Origin: Gemmatimonadota bacterium | GTDB lineage: Bacteria > Actinomycetota > Actinomycetes > Streptosporangiales > Streptosporangiaceae | Direction of reading: 5' to 3' | NCBI GenBank assembly: GCA_050257395.1 | Contig: JBLMWU010000214.1 | Coordinates: 3,606-67,605, forward strand | DNA: 64,000 nt | Program-made: the position numbers and the translations under genes | The notes under the pieces: generated by a model | Seen by the model: only the letters and a program-made list of their open reading frames with translations | Database searches by the model: none | Told to the model about the DNA's origin: nothing | Shown: in pieces, positions 26,254 to 34,896 of the stretch | How the letters are laid out: each line of letters begins with the position of its first letter | How positions within the stretch are numbered: position 1 is the stretch's first letter

Positions 26254-28087
26254 CCAGACCGCCTCGGACGTGCTCGTCGACCGGCTCATCGAGTGGGGCG
26301 TGGACACGATCTTCGGGCTGCCCGGCGACGGCATCAACGGCTTCATGGACGCCCTGCGCACCCGGCAGGACCGGATCCGCTACATCCACGTGCGGCACGA
26401 GGAGGTCGCCGCCATGGCGGCCGTCGGCTACGCCAAGTTCACCGGCAAGCTCGGCGTGTGCTTCGCCACCTCCGGGCCCGGCGCGGTGCACCTGATGAAC
26501 GGGCTGCTGGACGCCCGGGTGGAGCAGGCGCCGCTGCTGGCCATCACCGGCATGACCTACCACGACCTGGCAGGCACGTCCTACCTGCAGGACATCAACA
26601 CCGACTACCTGATGAACGACGTCGCCCTCTACAACCAGCGGATCATGGGCCCGCAGCACGTCGTCAACGTGACCGACTACGCCTGCCGGACCGCGCTGGC
26701 CCAGCGGGGCCCCGCGCACCTGGCCTTCCCCATCGACTACCAGGCCGCGCCCGCGGACAGCGGCACCCGGTACATGCGCAACGTGCCAGGCCACACCTCC
26801 ACCGCGTTCCAGAACCCGGTGCGGGTGCCGGAGCGGGCCCTGCTCGAGCAGGCCGCGCAGCTGCTGTCCGGCAAGGCGAAGGTCGCCATCCTGGCCGGCG
26901 CCGGGGCCCGCGGGGCAGGCGCCGAACTGGAGGAGGTCGCGGACAAGCTCGGCGCGCCGATCATCAAAGCCCAGCTCGGCAAGGACTGCGTGCCGGATGA
27001 CAGCCCGTTCACGACCGGGCCGATCGGCCTGGTCGGCAGCAGGCCGTCGGAGGAGGCGCTGGCCGGCTGCGAGGCGCTGCTGATCGCCGGCTCGACCATG
27101 CCCTACATCGAGTACTACCCCGAGCCCGGCCAGGCGGTCTGCGTGCAGATCGACGACAAGCCCGAGCGGATCGGGCTGCGCTACCCGGCCGACATCGGGC
27201 TGTGCGGCGACGCCCGGGCCACCCTGCGGGAGCTGCTGCCGCTGCTGGCCCGCAACGACGACCGGGCCTTCCTGGAGCAGGCGCAGGCCGGCATGCGGGC
27301 CTGGTGGGAGCTGATGGAAGAGCGGGGCACCAGCACCGACGTGCCGATGCACCCGCAGGTGCCGGCCTGGGCGCTGAACGCCGCGCTGGCCGGTGACGCG
27401 GTCGTGTGCGGCGACTCCGGCACGGTCACCACCTGGGCGGCCCGGCAGATCAGGACCCGGCGCGGGCAGCTGTTCTCCTTCAGCGGCACGAACTGCTCGA
27501 TGGCCGCCGGGCTGCCGTACGCCATCGGCGCGCAGGCCGCCTATCCCGGCCGCCAGGTGGTGGTGTTCACCGGCGACGGCTCGCTGACCATGCAGCTCGG
27601 GGACTTCCTCACCTGCGTGCAGCACGGGCTGCCGGTCAAGGTGGTGGTGATCAGCAACAACACGCTCGGGCTGATCAAGTGGGAGCAGATGGTGTTCCTC
27701 GGCAACCCGGAGTACGGGGTCAACATGGCACCGTTCGACTTCGTCAAGTTCGCCGAGGCCTGCGGCGCCCGCGGCATCCGGATCGAGGACCCGCGGCGGT
27801 GTGGCGAGCAGCTCGCCGAGGCGCTGGCCTGGGACGGCCCGGCCATCATCGAGTGCGTCACCGACGAGCACGAGCCGCCCTACCCGGCCAAGATCAAGAA
27901 GGACCAGGTGCAGAAGCTGGCGTCGGCACTGCGGGAGGGCACCCCGAACCGGCGGCGCATCGCCCTGCAGATGGTCAGGGACATGCTGGACGAGTCCTCG
28001 TTCGAGGCCAGCCCTGCGCACCCGGTGCCCGGGAAGCTCGGGGCGGCCGGCGCGCGGCTGGCGGGCAGGCTGCGGGGCCGTCAGTAG
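26246..28087 (+). CDS. Thiamine-pyrophosphate enzyme, pyruvate oxidase / pyruvate:quinone oxidoreductase (PoxB-like)
   Basis: N-terminal TPP_N domain (GVDTIFGLPGDGINGFMDAL), the TPP-binding GDGS motif (FTGDGSLTMQLGDFLT) and a length of 613 aa. Confidence 0.75.
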   Translation: MADQTASDVLVDRLIEWGVDTIFGLPGDGINGFMDALRTRQDRIRYIHVRHEEVAAMAAVGYAKFTGKLGVCFATSGPGAVHLMNGLLDARVEQAPLLAITGMTYHDLAGTSYLQDINTDYLMNDVALYNQRIMGPQHVVNVTDYACRTALAQRGPAHLAFPIDYQAAPADSGTRYMRNVPGHTSTAFQNPVRVPERALLEQAAQLLSGKAKVAILAGAGARGAGAELEEVADKLGAPIIKAQLGKDCVPDDSPFTTGPIGLVGSRPSEEALAGCEALLIAGSTMPYIEYYPEPGQAVCVQIDDKPERIGLRYPADIGLCGDARATLRELLPLLARNDDRAFLEQAQAGMRAWWELMEERGTSTDVPMHPQVPAWALNAALAGDAVVCGDSGTVTTWAARQIRTRRGQLFSFSGTNCSMAAGLPYAIGAQAAYPGRQVVVFTGDGSLTMQLGDFLTCVQHGLPVKVVVISNNTLGLIKWEQMVFLGNPEYGVNMAPFDFVKFAEACGARGIRIEDPRRCGEQLAEALAWDGPAIIECVTDEHEPPYPAKIKKDQVQKLASALREGTPNRRRIALQMVRDMLDESSFEASPAHPVPGKLGAAGARLAGRLRGRQ

Positions 28088-28205
28088 CCGTCAGGGCACA
28101 TAGTAATCAGATTGGTGTCATTCAGCTACACTGAGTAGTCAACGGCGGGAGCGGCGAGACTGGTGTGGCTGCAGAGAGTCAAGAGACTGTGTACTCTCCG
28201 TCATT

Positions 28206-29189
28206 ATGTGGAAGCAGAGCGTTAACTCTGTGCTGCGCCGGAGCATCGGTTACCAGCTCACCCGCCCGCCGGGGCACCCGGCCTGGCGGTTACCGCCGCC
28301 CCGGGGCGAGCGGCTGCTGACCGCTCCCGTGTTCATCTTCTCGGCGGCCCGCTCCGGGTCGACGCTGCTGCGGTCGGTCCTGGGCGCCCATTCCCAGCTG
28401 TATGCCCCGCCTGAGCTGCCCCTCGGCCACCTGGAGGTGCGGGCCGAGAGCCGGTGGATCCAGACCTCGATGAAGGCGCTGCGGCTCACCGACCAGGGCC
28501 TCCAGTTCCTGCTGTGGGACCGGGTGCTGGCCGATCTGCTGGCGCGCAGCGGCAAGCCCACCGTGGTGGTCAAGACCCCGAGCAACGTCCTGATCTGGGA
28601 ACGCATCTCCGCCTGCTGGCCGGACGCCCGGTTCATCTTCCTGCTGCGCCACCCGGCGGCGGCCGTCCGCTCGCTGCACGCGGCGTGGAACCCCGAATGG
28701 CACCCGGGCGAGGAGGGCAGCCTCGCCGAGGCCGCCGCCAAGGGCCTGCACTACATGACCCGCGTGCAGGAGGCGCGCACGGCACTGCCGGGTTTCACGG
28801 TGCGCTACGAGGAGCTGACGGCCGCGCCTGCCGGGACAGCCAAGCGGCTGTGCGAGTTCCTGGGCGTGACGTTCGAGCCCGGCATGCTCAGCTACGGCCG
28901 CTTCGCTGACCACCATTACGCGCCCGGCCTGGGCGATGCCTCCCGCAACATCCGCTCCGGCCAGATCCAGGCACCGGTCCCGCCGCCCCGTCAGTCGGAC
29001 ATCCCGGCGGAGCTGGCCGGCATCTGCGCGGCCTGGGGCTACCTGGACGAGGGCCGCCTGGGCGAGGCCGAGGCCCCGCAGCCAGCACCCGGGCCGGCCC
29101 GCGAGCAGCTGCCCGTCCCGCAGCAGCCACCCCGCCCGGGCCGCGAGCGGCAGCGCGGATCCGCCCCCGGGCAGCAGGCGCGGCACTGA
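28206..29189 (+). CDS. Sulfotransferase-family protein
   Basis: 5'-PSB-like motif FIFSAARSGSTLLRSVL and a 3'-PB-like region FLLRHPAAAVRS are present. Confidence 0.55.
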   Translation: MWKQSVNSVLRRSIGYQLTRPPGHPAWRLPPPRGERLLTAPVFIFSAARSGSTLLRSVLGAHSQLYAPPELPLGHLEVRAESRWIQTSMKALRLTDQGLQFLLWDRVLADLLARSGKPTVVVKTPSNVLIWERISACWPDARFIFLLRHPAAAVRSLHAAWNPEWHPGEEGSLAEAAAKGLHYMTRVQEARTALPGFTVRYEELTAAPAGTAKRLCEFLGVTFEPGMLSYGRFADHHYAPGLGDASRNIRSGQIQAPVPPPRQSDIPAELAGICAAWGYLDEGRLGEAEAPQPAPGPAREQLPVPQQPPRPGRERQRGSAPGQQARH

Positions 29190-29239
29190 CGTCCGGGCCC
29201 CGGATAACCGGATGAGGGGGCCGCGGCCGCTGCTCTAAG

Positions 29240-30235
29240 GTGGCGGCTGTGCCCCCCGAGCGAATCCTGGTGACCGGCAGCGCCGGGCACCTCGGCGAGG
29301 CGCTGGCCCGGGTGCTGCGCGAGCAGGGCCGCGACGTGGTGGGGCTGGACGTGCTCGCCTCGCCGTACACCACGGTCACCGGCTCGGTCGCGGACCGCCG
29401 GACGGTCCGCGCCGCCCTCGCGGGCGTCACCGGCGTGATCCACACCGCGACGCTGCACAAGCCGCACGTGGGGTCGCACCCCCGGCAGGCGTTCGTGGAC
29501 ACCAACATCACCGGCACGCTGGTGCTGCTGGAGGAAGCCGTCCGGGCGGGCGTCAGCAGCTTCGTCTTCACCAGCACCACGAGCACGTTCGGGCGGGCCC
29601 TCACCCCGGGCCCGGGTGCCCCGGCGGCGTGGATCACCGAGGACGTCACGCCGGTGCCCAGGAACATCTACGGCGTGACCAAGACCGCCGCCGAGGATCT
29701 GTGCCAGCTCACCAGCGCGGACCAGGGACTGCCGGTGGTGGTGCTGCGGGTGGCCAGGTTCTTTCCCGAGGGCGACGACCGCGACGACGTCCGGGCCGCC
29801 TACCCGGACGCCAACGTCAAGGCCAACGAGTTCCTCTACCGGCGGGTCGACCTGGCGGACGCGGCGGACGCGCACCTGCTGGCGCTGGCGCGGGCGCCGG
29901 GACTCGGCTTCGCCAGGTTCATCATCAGCGCGGCCACCCCCTTCACCCGCGCCGACCTGGCCGGGCTGGGCTCCGGCGCCCCGGCCGTGGTCTGGCGGCT
30001 CTTCCCCGACGCCGAGGCCGAGTACGCCCGGCGGGGCTGGGCGATGTTCCCCCGCATCGACCGGGTCTACGTCAGCGAACGGGCCCGCGCCGCGCTCGGC
30101 TGGCAGCCGCGCTACGGCTTCCGCCAGGTGCTCGACGACCTGATCGCCGGCCGGGACCCGCGCAGCCCGCTGGCGCGGGCCGTCGGCGCCAAGGGCTACC
30201 ACGCCGTGCCCACCGGCCCCTACACGGTGCGCTGA
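29240..30235 (+). CDS. NAD-dependent epimerase/dehydratase (extended SDR)
   Basis: The ILVTGSAGHLG Rossmann motif and a YxxxK-type region are present. Confidence 0.75.
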   Translation: MAAVPPERILVTGSAGHLGEALARVLREQGRDVVGLDVLASPYTTVTGSVADRRTVRAALAGVTGVIHTATLHKPHVGSHPRQAFVDTNITGTLVLLEEAVRAGVSSFVFTSTTSTFGRALTPGPGAPAAWITEDVTPVPRNIYGVTKTAAEDLCQLTSADQGLPVVVLRVARFFPEGDDRDDVRAAYPDANVKANEFLYRRVDLADAADAHLLALARAPGLGFARFIISAATPFTRADLAGLGSGAPAVVWRLFPDAEAEYARRGWAMFPRIDRVYVSERARAALGWQPRYGFRQVLDDLIAGRDPRSPLARAVGAKGYHAVPTGPYTVR

Positions 30236-30241
30236 CCGCGG

Positions 30242-30877
30242 TCACGTCCCCGCGCTGGCCGGCCGGGGCGGCAGCGGCGGCATCGCGGCGTGGTCCGTGG
30301 AGGCCATCAGCTTGCGCGTGTCGAGCTTGGTGCCGACCATCTGCTTGAGCATGAAGTCGTGGTTGAGGTCGAGGACCGCCCGGGTCTCGGCCGCGATCAC
30401 GGCGTTGCGGCTCACGGTCAGCTCGTTGTCCTGCTGCTGCTCGCCCGACAGCGACCAGTTGGTGGAGCCCTTCACCGTGTACACGCCGTCCACGATGACG
30501 ATCTTGAGATGCGAGATGGCGTTGTGCACCGAACTCGTGCCGATGGCGATGCTGTTGCCGAAGGCGTCGTTGTTCCACTTGGCCAGAATCTGCTTCTCGT
30601 GCACGCCGGACGCCTGGCTGCGGTCCAGGCTCATCTGGACGAATATCTTCGCGTCCGCGAGCTTGTCCTGGATGATCTTGTTCAGCTCGTCGTCGTCGTA
30701 ACCGAACATGTTGACCACGATCGAGTGCTGGGCGCTGTCCAGCAGCGCCACCAGCACCCCGTGCACGTTGTCGCGCGGGGAGAAGAAGGTCCGCTCATCG
30801 GGCGGGTACCCGTCCAGGAACCGGCCTTCCGCCTTGTATTGGCCGAGATCATCCCAGTTGAACGAACTGCCCGCCAT
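30242..30877 (-). CDS. Phospholipase D-like single-HKD protein (Nuc-like endonuclease family)
   Basis: HKD motif HLKIVIVDGVYTVKGSTNWSLSG. Length 211 aa fits the Nuc-type single-HKD architecture. GC content is noticeably lower than its neighbours. Confidence 0.65.
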   Translation of the reverse strand: MAGSSFNWDDLGQYKAEGRFLDGYPPDERTFFSPRDNVHGVLVALLDSAQHSIVVNMFGYDDDELNKIIQDKLADAKIFVQMSLDRSQASGVHEKQILAKWNNDAFGNSIAIGTSSVHNAISHLKIVIVDGVYTVKGSTNWSLSGEQQQDNELTVSRNAVIAAETRAVLDLNHDFMLKQMVGTKLDTRKLMASTDHAAMPPLPPRPASAGT

Positions 30878-31064
30878 GATGCCCCCTCAGTTCGGCCACG
30901 CCCCTGATGCCGGTTCTATGGTGGCCGCCCGTGCCCGGCCCGTCCAGCCCGCAACGCCGCCCGGCGGGCGGCCCGGGAGCCTGCCGGGGCGGCCCGCGGC
31001 CGGCCCGGCGCAGGTCTATGCTGACGGCGGAGCACCGCAGAGCATCCGGAAAGCCGCGTGAGAA

Positions 31065-31277
31065 GTGCCCGGTGGTAAAGAGGAAAGCCTCCTCGGGAAG
31101 ATAGGCCGGGTCACAGTCTCCATTCCCCCGGACGGCCCCGGTGAAGTGCTGCTCCCGGTCCGCGGCGGCAGTGAGGCGTTCGCTGCCTGGTCGGATGAGC
31201 CCGTGCCCCGGCACAGCCGGGTTGTCGTGGTCGAGACCATGTCAGCCCGGTCGGTGTTCGTCGCCCCCTTTTCGTAG
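31065..31277 (+). CDS. Short NfeD-like (OB-fold, YuaF-type) protein
   Basis: GTG start immediately after an in-frame stop. GKIGRVTVSIPPDGPGEVLLPVRGGSEAFAAWSDEPVPRHSRVVVVE resembles the NfeD C-terminal beta-barrel. It sits upstream of the flotillin gene, as in the yuaF-floT pair. Confidence 0.45.
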   Translation: MPGGKEESLLGKIGRVTVSIPPDGPGEVLLPVRGGSEAFAAWSDEPVPRHSRVVVVETMSARSVFVAPFS

Positions 31278-31322
31278 GCCGCACCTCCCGCGGCCACGGC
31301 CCTTCTCCCCCAGGAGCCCGTC

Positions 31323-32678
31323 ATGTTTTTCTGGCATGTCCCCGCGCCCAATGAGGCACTGCTCATCTCCGGGTCGAAACGGCGGCGGGAAGACACCCAG
31401 TTCCGCATCGTCACCGGCCACGGCTCCTTCGTGCTGCCCATCAAGCAGAAGGCCCGCATCCTCTCACTCGCCCTGCAGGAAGCGGAGATCGTCGAGGACT
31501 GCATCACCAACCAGGGCATCCGGCTGAACGTCCGGGCCGTGGCGGCGTTCAAGGTCGGGGACGACGCGGTGTCCATCGCCAACGCCGCCCGCCGGTTCCT
31601 GTCCGAGCAGGACCGGATGGAGGTGCTGGTGGGACGGGTGTTCGCCGGCCATCTCCGGTCGATCATCGGCGGCCTCACGGTGGAGCAGATCATCCGGGAA
31701 CGGGACCGGGTGGCGCAGGAGGTCAAGGACGGCAGCCACGCTGAGATGGAGAAGCTCGGGATCGTGGTGGACGCGCTGGAGATCCAGGAGATCGAGGACT
31801 CGAGCGGGTACATCAACAACCTCGCCGCCCCGCACGCGGCCGCAGTCGCCAGCCAGGCCCGCATCGCCCAGGCGCACGCGGACCAGGAGGCCACCGCCCG
31901 CGAGCTGGAGGTGGCGGCGATGAAGGCGCAGTACGAGCGCGACACCGAGATCAAGCGGGCGGGCTTCCTGGCCGAGACGGAGGAGGCCAAGGCGAAGGCC
32001 GCGCAGGCCGGGCCGCTGGCGGAGGCACAAGCGTCCCAGCAGGTCATCGAGCAGCAGACGGCACTGGCGGAGCGGCAGGCGGGCCTGGCCGCCCAGCGGC
32101 TGGAAGCCGAGGTGCGCAGGCCCGCGGACGCTGAGGCCTACCGGCAGCGCACGCTGGCCGAGGCCGAGCGGGACAAGACCCGGTTCGAGACCGAGGCGGA
32201 GGCCTTCCGCAAGCGCTCACTCGCGGAGGCCGACCGCGACCAGGCCAAGCTCGCCGCCGAGGCCGAGGCCTTCCGCAACACCACGCTGGCGGAGGCGGAG
32301 GCCAAGGCGGTCACCGTGCGGGCCGAGGCGGCGGCGCAGGCCCAGCGGGCCACCGCGGAAGGCGACGCGGATGCGAACCGGGCCCGGGCCGCATCCCTGC
32401 GGGAGGGCAACCAGGAGCTGATCGCCGCGAGCCGGCTCATCGAGCAGCTGCCCGCGCTGGCCGAGGCGGCCGCGCGCAGCATCGCCGGGTCCAACCTGAC
32501 CATCCTGAACGGGACTCAGGGCGTCAACGAGATGCTCGCCGGGCTGGTCGGGCAGGGCATGGCCATCCTGGAGGTGCTCCGCAAGTCAACGGCCATGCCC
32601 ACCGGCGGCACGTCCGCCGCAGTCGCCGCGGACGGGAACCCCGCCCTCCCCAGAAGCCCGCGCCGTCACCCGGACTGA
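31323..32678 (+). CDS. Flotillin-like SPFH/Band-7 domain protein (FloT-like)
   Basis: N-terminal SPFH domain followed by long Ala/Glu-rich coiled-coil repeats (AEAEAFRKRSLAEA etc.), typical of bacterial flotillins. Confidence 0.8.
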   Translation: MFFWHVPAPNEALLISGSKRRREDTQFRIVTGHGSFVLPIKQKARILSLALQEAEIVEDCITNQGIRLNVRAVAAFKVGDDAVSIANAARRFLSEQDRMEVLVGRVFAGHLRSIIGGLTVEQIIRERDRVAQEVKDGSHAEMEKLGIVVDALEIQEIEDSSGYINNLAAPHAAAVASQARIAQAHADQEATARELEVAAMKAQYERDTEIKRAGFLAETEEAKAKAAQAGPLAEAQASQQVIEQQTALAERQAGLAAQRLEAEVRRPADAEAYRQRTLAEAERDKTRFETEAEAFRKRSLAEADRDQAKLAAEAEAFRNTTLAEAEAKAVTVRAEAAAQAQRATAEGDADANRARAASLREGNQELIAASRLIEQLPALAEAAARSIAGSNLTILNGTQGVNEMLAGLVGQGMAILEVLRKSTAMPTGGTSAAVAADGNPALPRSPRRHPD

Positions 32679-32704
32679 CGGGCGGCCCGGCGGCGAGCCG
32701 TGGG

Positions 32705-33526
32705 CTAGAAAGATAACCGCGCCCGCGGCTCGGCGCCGTCGCCGCGGCCGGCCGGGGCCGGCCGGGTGAGGCAGAGCCGCAGGGCCGCCCTGGCCAGCGC
32801 GGTTCCCGCGGGGCCGGGCGCGGCGGCCGGGCCGGAGTCGCGCGGCAGCCGCACCGCGCCCAGCCGCAGCAGGCACTCCCAGGTGCTGCGGCCCGCCTCG
32901 AAGGCCTGCCACTCGTCCAGCGGCAGCCCGCTGCGCGCATCGTGCCAGCCGAGCGCCGCCATCCCCCGGCGCAGCAGGTCACCGGCGGTGGCGGTGTCCT
33001 GCGGGGTCTTGCTGGCCACCCCGAGCAGCAGCACCAGGCCCGCGTCGCGCTCGGCGTCGTTGCGGCCGTCCGGGAGGCGGCTGGCCAGATGCCACCACAG
33101 CTGCACCGGGTCCCGGGCCAGCCGTTCCCCGGCGGTGGTGCGCAGCAGGACGCCCCGGTGGGTGCGCACCAGTGCCATCCGCCGGGCGGACTGCCGGAGT
33201 TCCAGCACCGGGAGGGTGAGGTGCTCCCGGTTGTGCGCGCCAGCCCACTCTCCCGCCCAGCCGAGTGACGTCACCGCTTCGGTCACCACCTGCGGCGGCA
33301 GGTAGCCCGCCTCGGTCAGCGCGATGCCTTCCGCGCCGATCCGGCCCAGCAGCCAGCTGTAGGGGCGGACCGCGTCGACGACCGGCCCAGTCTCGACGAG
33401 CACCGGGCGGTGCAAAGCGGCGGCGGCGACCAGGCTCGCCATGTACCCGGCGTCGGGCCCGCGCAGCCGTTCGAGGAGGCCCTCGACTTGGTCAGAAGGA
33501 TCAGCCAGCATACGAACAGTGTCCAC
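32705..33526 (-). CDS. Hypothetical protein
   Basis: 273-aa ORF, protein-like, family not recognised. Confidence 0.35.
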   Translation of the reverse strand: MDTVRMLADPSDQVEGLLERLRGPDAGYMASLVAAAALHRPVLVETGPVVDAVRPYSWLLGRIGAEGIALTEAGYLPPQVVTEAVTSLGWAGEWAGAHNREHLTLPVLELRQSARRMALVRTHRGVLLRTTAGERLARDPVQLWWHLASRLPDGRNDAERDAGLVLLLGVASKTPQDTATAGDLLRRGMAALGWHDARSGLPLDEWQAFEAGRSTWECLLRLGAVRLPRDSGPAAAPGPAGTALARAALRLCLTRPAPAGRGDGAEPRARLSF

Positions 33527-33693
33527 GGCGCGGCGCTGCGCGTAACCCTTTTCGTGCGATACGCTGCGTTAGCCTCGCTTGCACTAAGTGACCGAACATC
33601 GGCGGCGGCCCGTTCGGGCCCAATGGCCCTGCCGGTGCGCGCGCACCGATGGTGCCCTGGTGATGGGCTGCGGGACGGCGAACGGGGTGGGCT

Positions 33694-34896
33694 GTGACTC
33701 AGGAGCACCCGGCGGCGGCCGGGCCGAACCGGTGGCTCATCCTGGCCGGGTACGCGCTGCTGACCGCCTGCACGCAGCTGCTGTGGCTGTCCTACGCCCC
33801 GGTCACCACCGAGACCCACCGGGTCATGGCGGTCTCCGAAGGCGCCGTCGGCGATCTCGCCGTCGTCTTCCCCCTGGTGTACGTGGTGCTGGCGCTGCCC
33901 GCGGGGCGGTGGCTGGATGCCCGGTTCGGCCGGGCGCTGTCCGCGGGGGCGGTGCTGACCGGCGCTGGCGCCCTGCTGCGGCTGGCAGCGCCGGACTCGT
34001 TCGGCTGGGCCCTGGCCGGCCAGGTGGTGATCGCCGCTGGCCAGCCGCTGGTGCTGAACGCCATCACCAAGATCGCCGCCCGGCATTTCCCGGCGCGCGA
34101 GCGCACGGTGGCGGTCTCGGTGGGCAGCGCGGCCCTGTTCGCCGGGATCCTGGCGGCGGTGCTGGCGGGCAAGCCGCTGTTCGGCGCCGGGGGCCTGCGG
34201 CTGCTGCTGCTGATCGAGGCCATCCCGGCGGTGGTGGCAGCGGCCTGGGTGCTGGTGACCGCCCGCGCGCCCGCCGCCTATCCGGGCGACCCGTCGGTCG
34301 CCGTGAGCCTGGGCTGGCTGCGTCGCGACCGGTTCGTGTGGCTGCTGGGCGGGCTGCTGTTCGCTGGCATCGGCGTGTTCAACGCGGTGGCGACCTGGCT
34401 GGAGTCGATCCTGCAGCACTTCAGGCTGGGCAGCGCGAGCGGGTACCTGATCGCGCTCATGACGGTGGCCGGGATCCTCGGCGCCGCGGTGCTGCCGGAG
34501 GCCGCCGCCGCCCGGGACCGGCGGCGGGCCCTGCTGATCACCGCGGTGCTGGTCACCGCCGGGGCGTTCGCCCTCATCGCGGCCTGGCCCCGGCTCGCGG
34601 TCGTGGCCGTGGCGCTGTTCGCGGCCGGTTTCTTCCTGCTCGCGGGCCTGCCGGTAGTGCTGGACTGGTCGGAGCTGCACACCGGGCCCGAACGGTCCGG
34701 GGCCGCCGCGGGTTTCCTGCTGCTGGCCGGGAACCTCGGCGGGGTCATCCTGGTGCTGATCGTGCAGGCCCTGATCGGCAGCCCGTACCTGTCGCTGGCC
34801 GCCCTCGCCGTCGCCGCACTCGCGGGCGCGCTGCTGGCCGTCCGGCTGCCCGCGCGGGCCGCACCCGGCCAGGTCAGGCCTGAACGGTCACCTTGA
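33694..34896 (+). CDS. MFS transporter
   Basis: 400 aa, 12 predicted TM helices; the LPAGRWLDARFGR loop 2-3 motif is present. Confidence 0.8.
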   Translation: MTQEHPAAAGPNRWLILAGYALLTACTQLLWLSYAPVTTETHRVMAVSEGAVGDLAVVFPLVYVVLALPAGRWLDARFGRALSAGAVLTGAGALLRLAAPDSFGWALAGQVVIAAGQPLVLNAITKIAARHFPARERTVAVSVGSAALFAGILAAVLAGKPLFGAGGLRLLLLIEAIPAVVAAAWVLVTARAPAAYPGDPSVAVSLGWLRRDRFVWLLGGLLFAGIGVFNAVATWLESILQHFRLGSASGYLIALMTVAGILGAAVLPEAAAARDRRRALLITAVLVTAGAFALIAAWPRLAVVAVALFAAGFFLLAGLPVVLDWSELHTGPERSGAAAGFLLLAGNLGGVILVLIVQALIGSPYLSLAALAVAALAGALLAVRLPARAAPGQVRPERSP

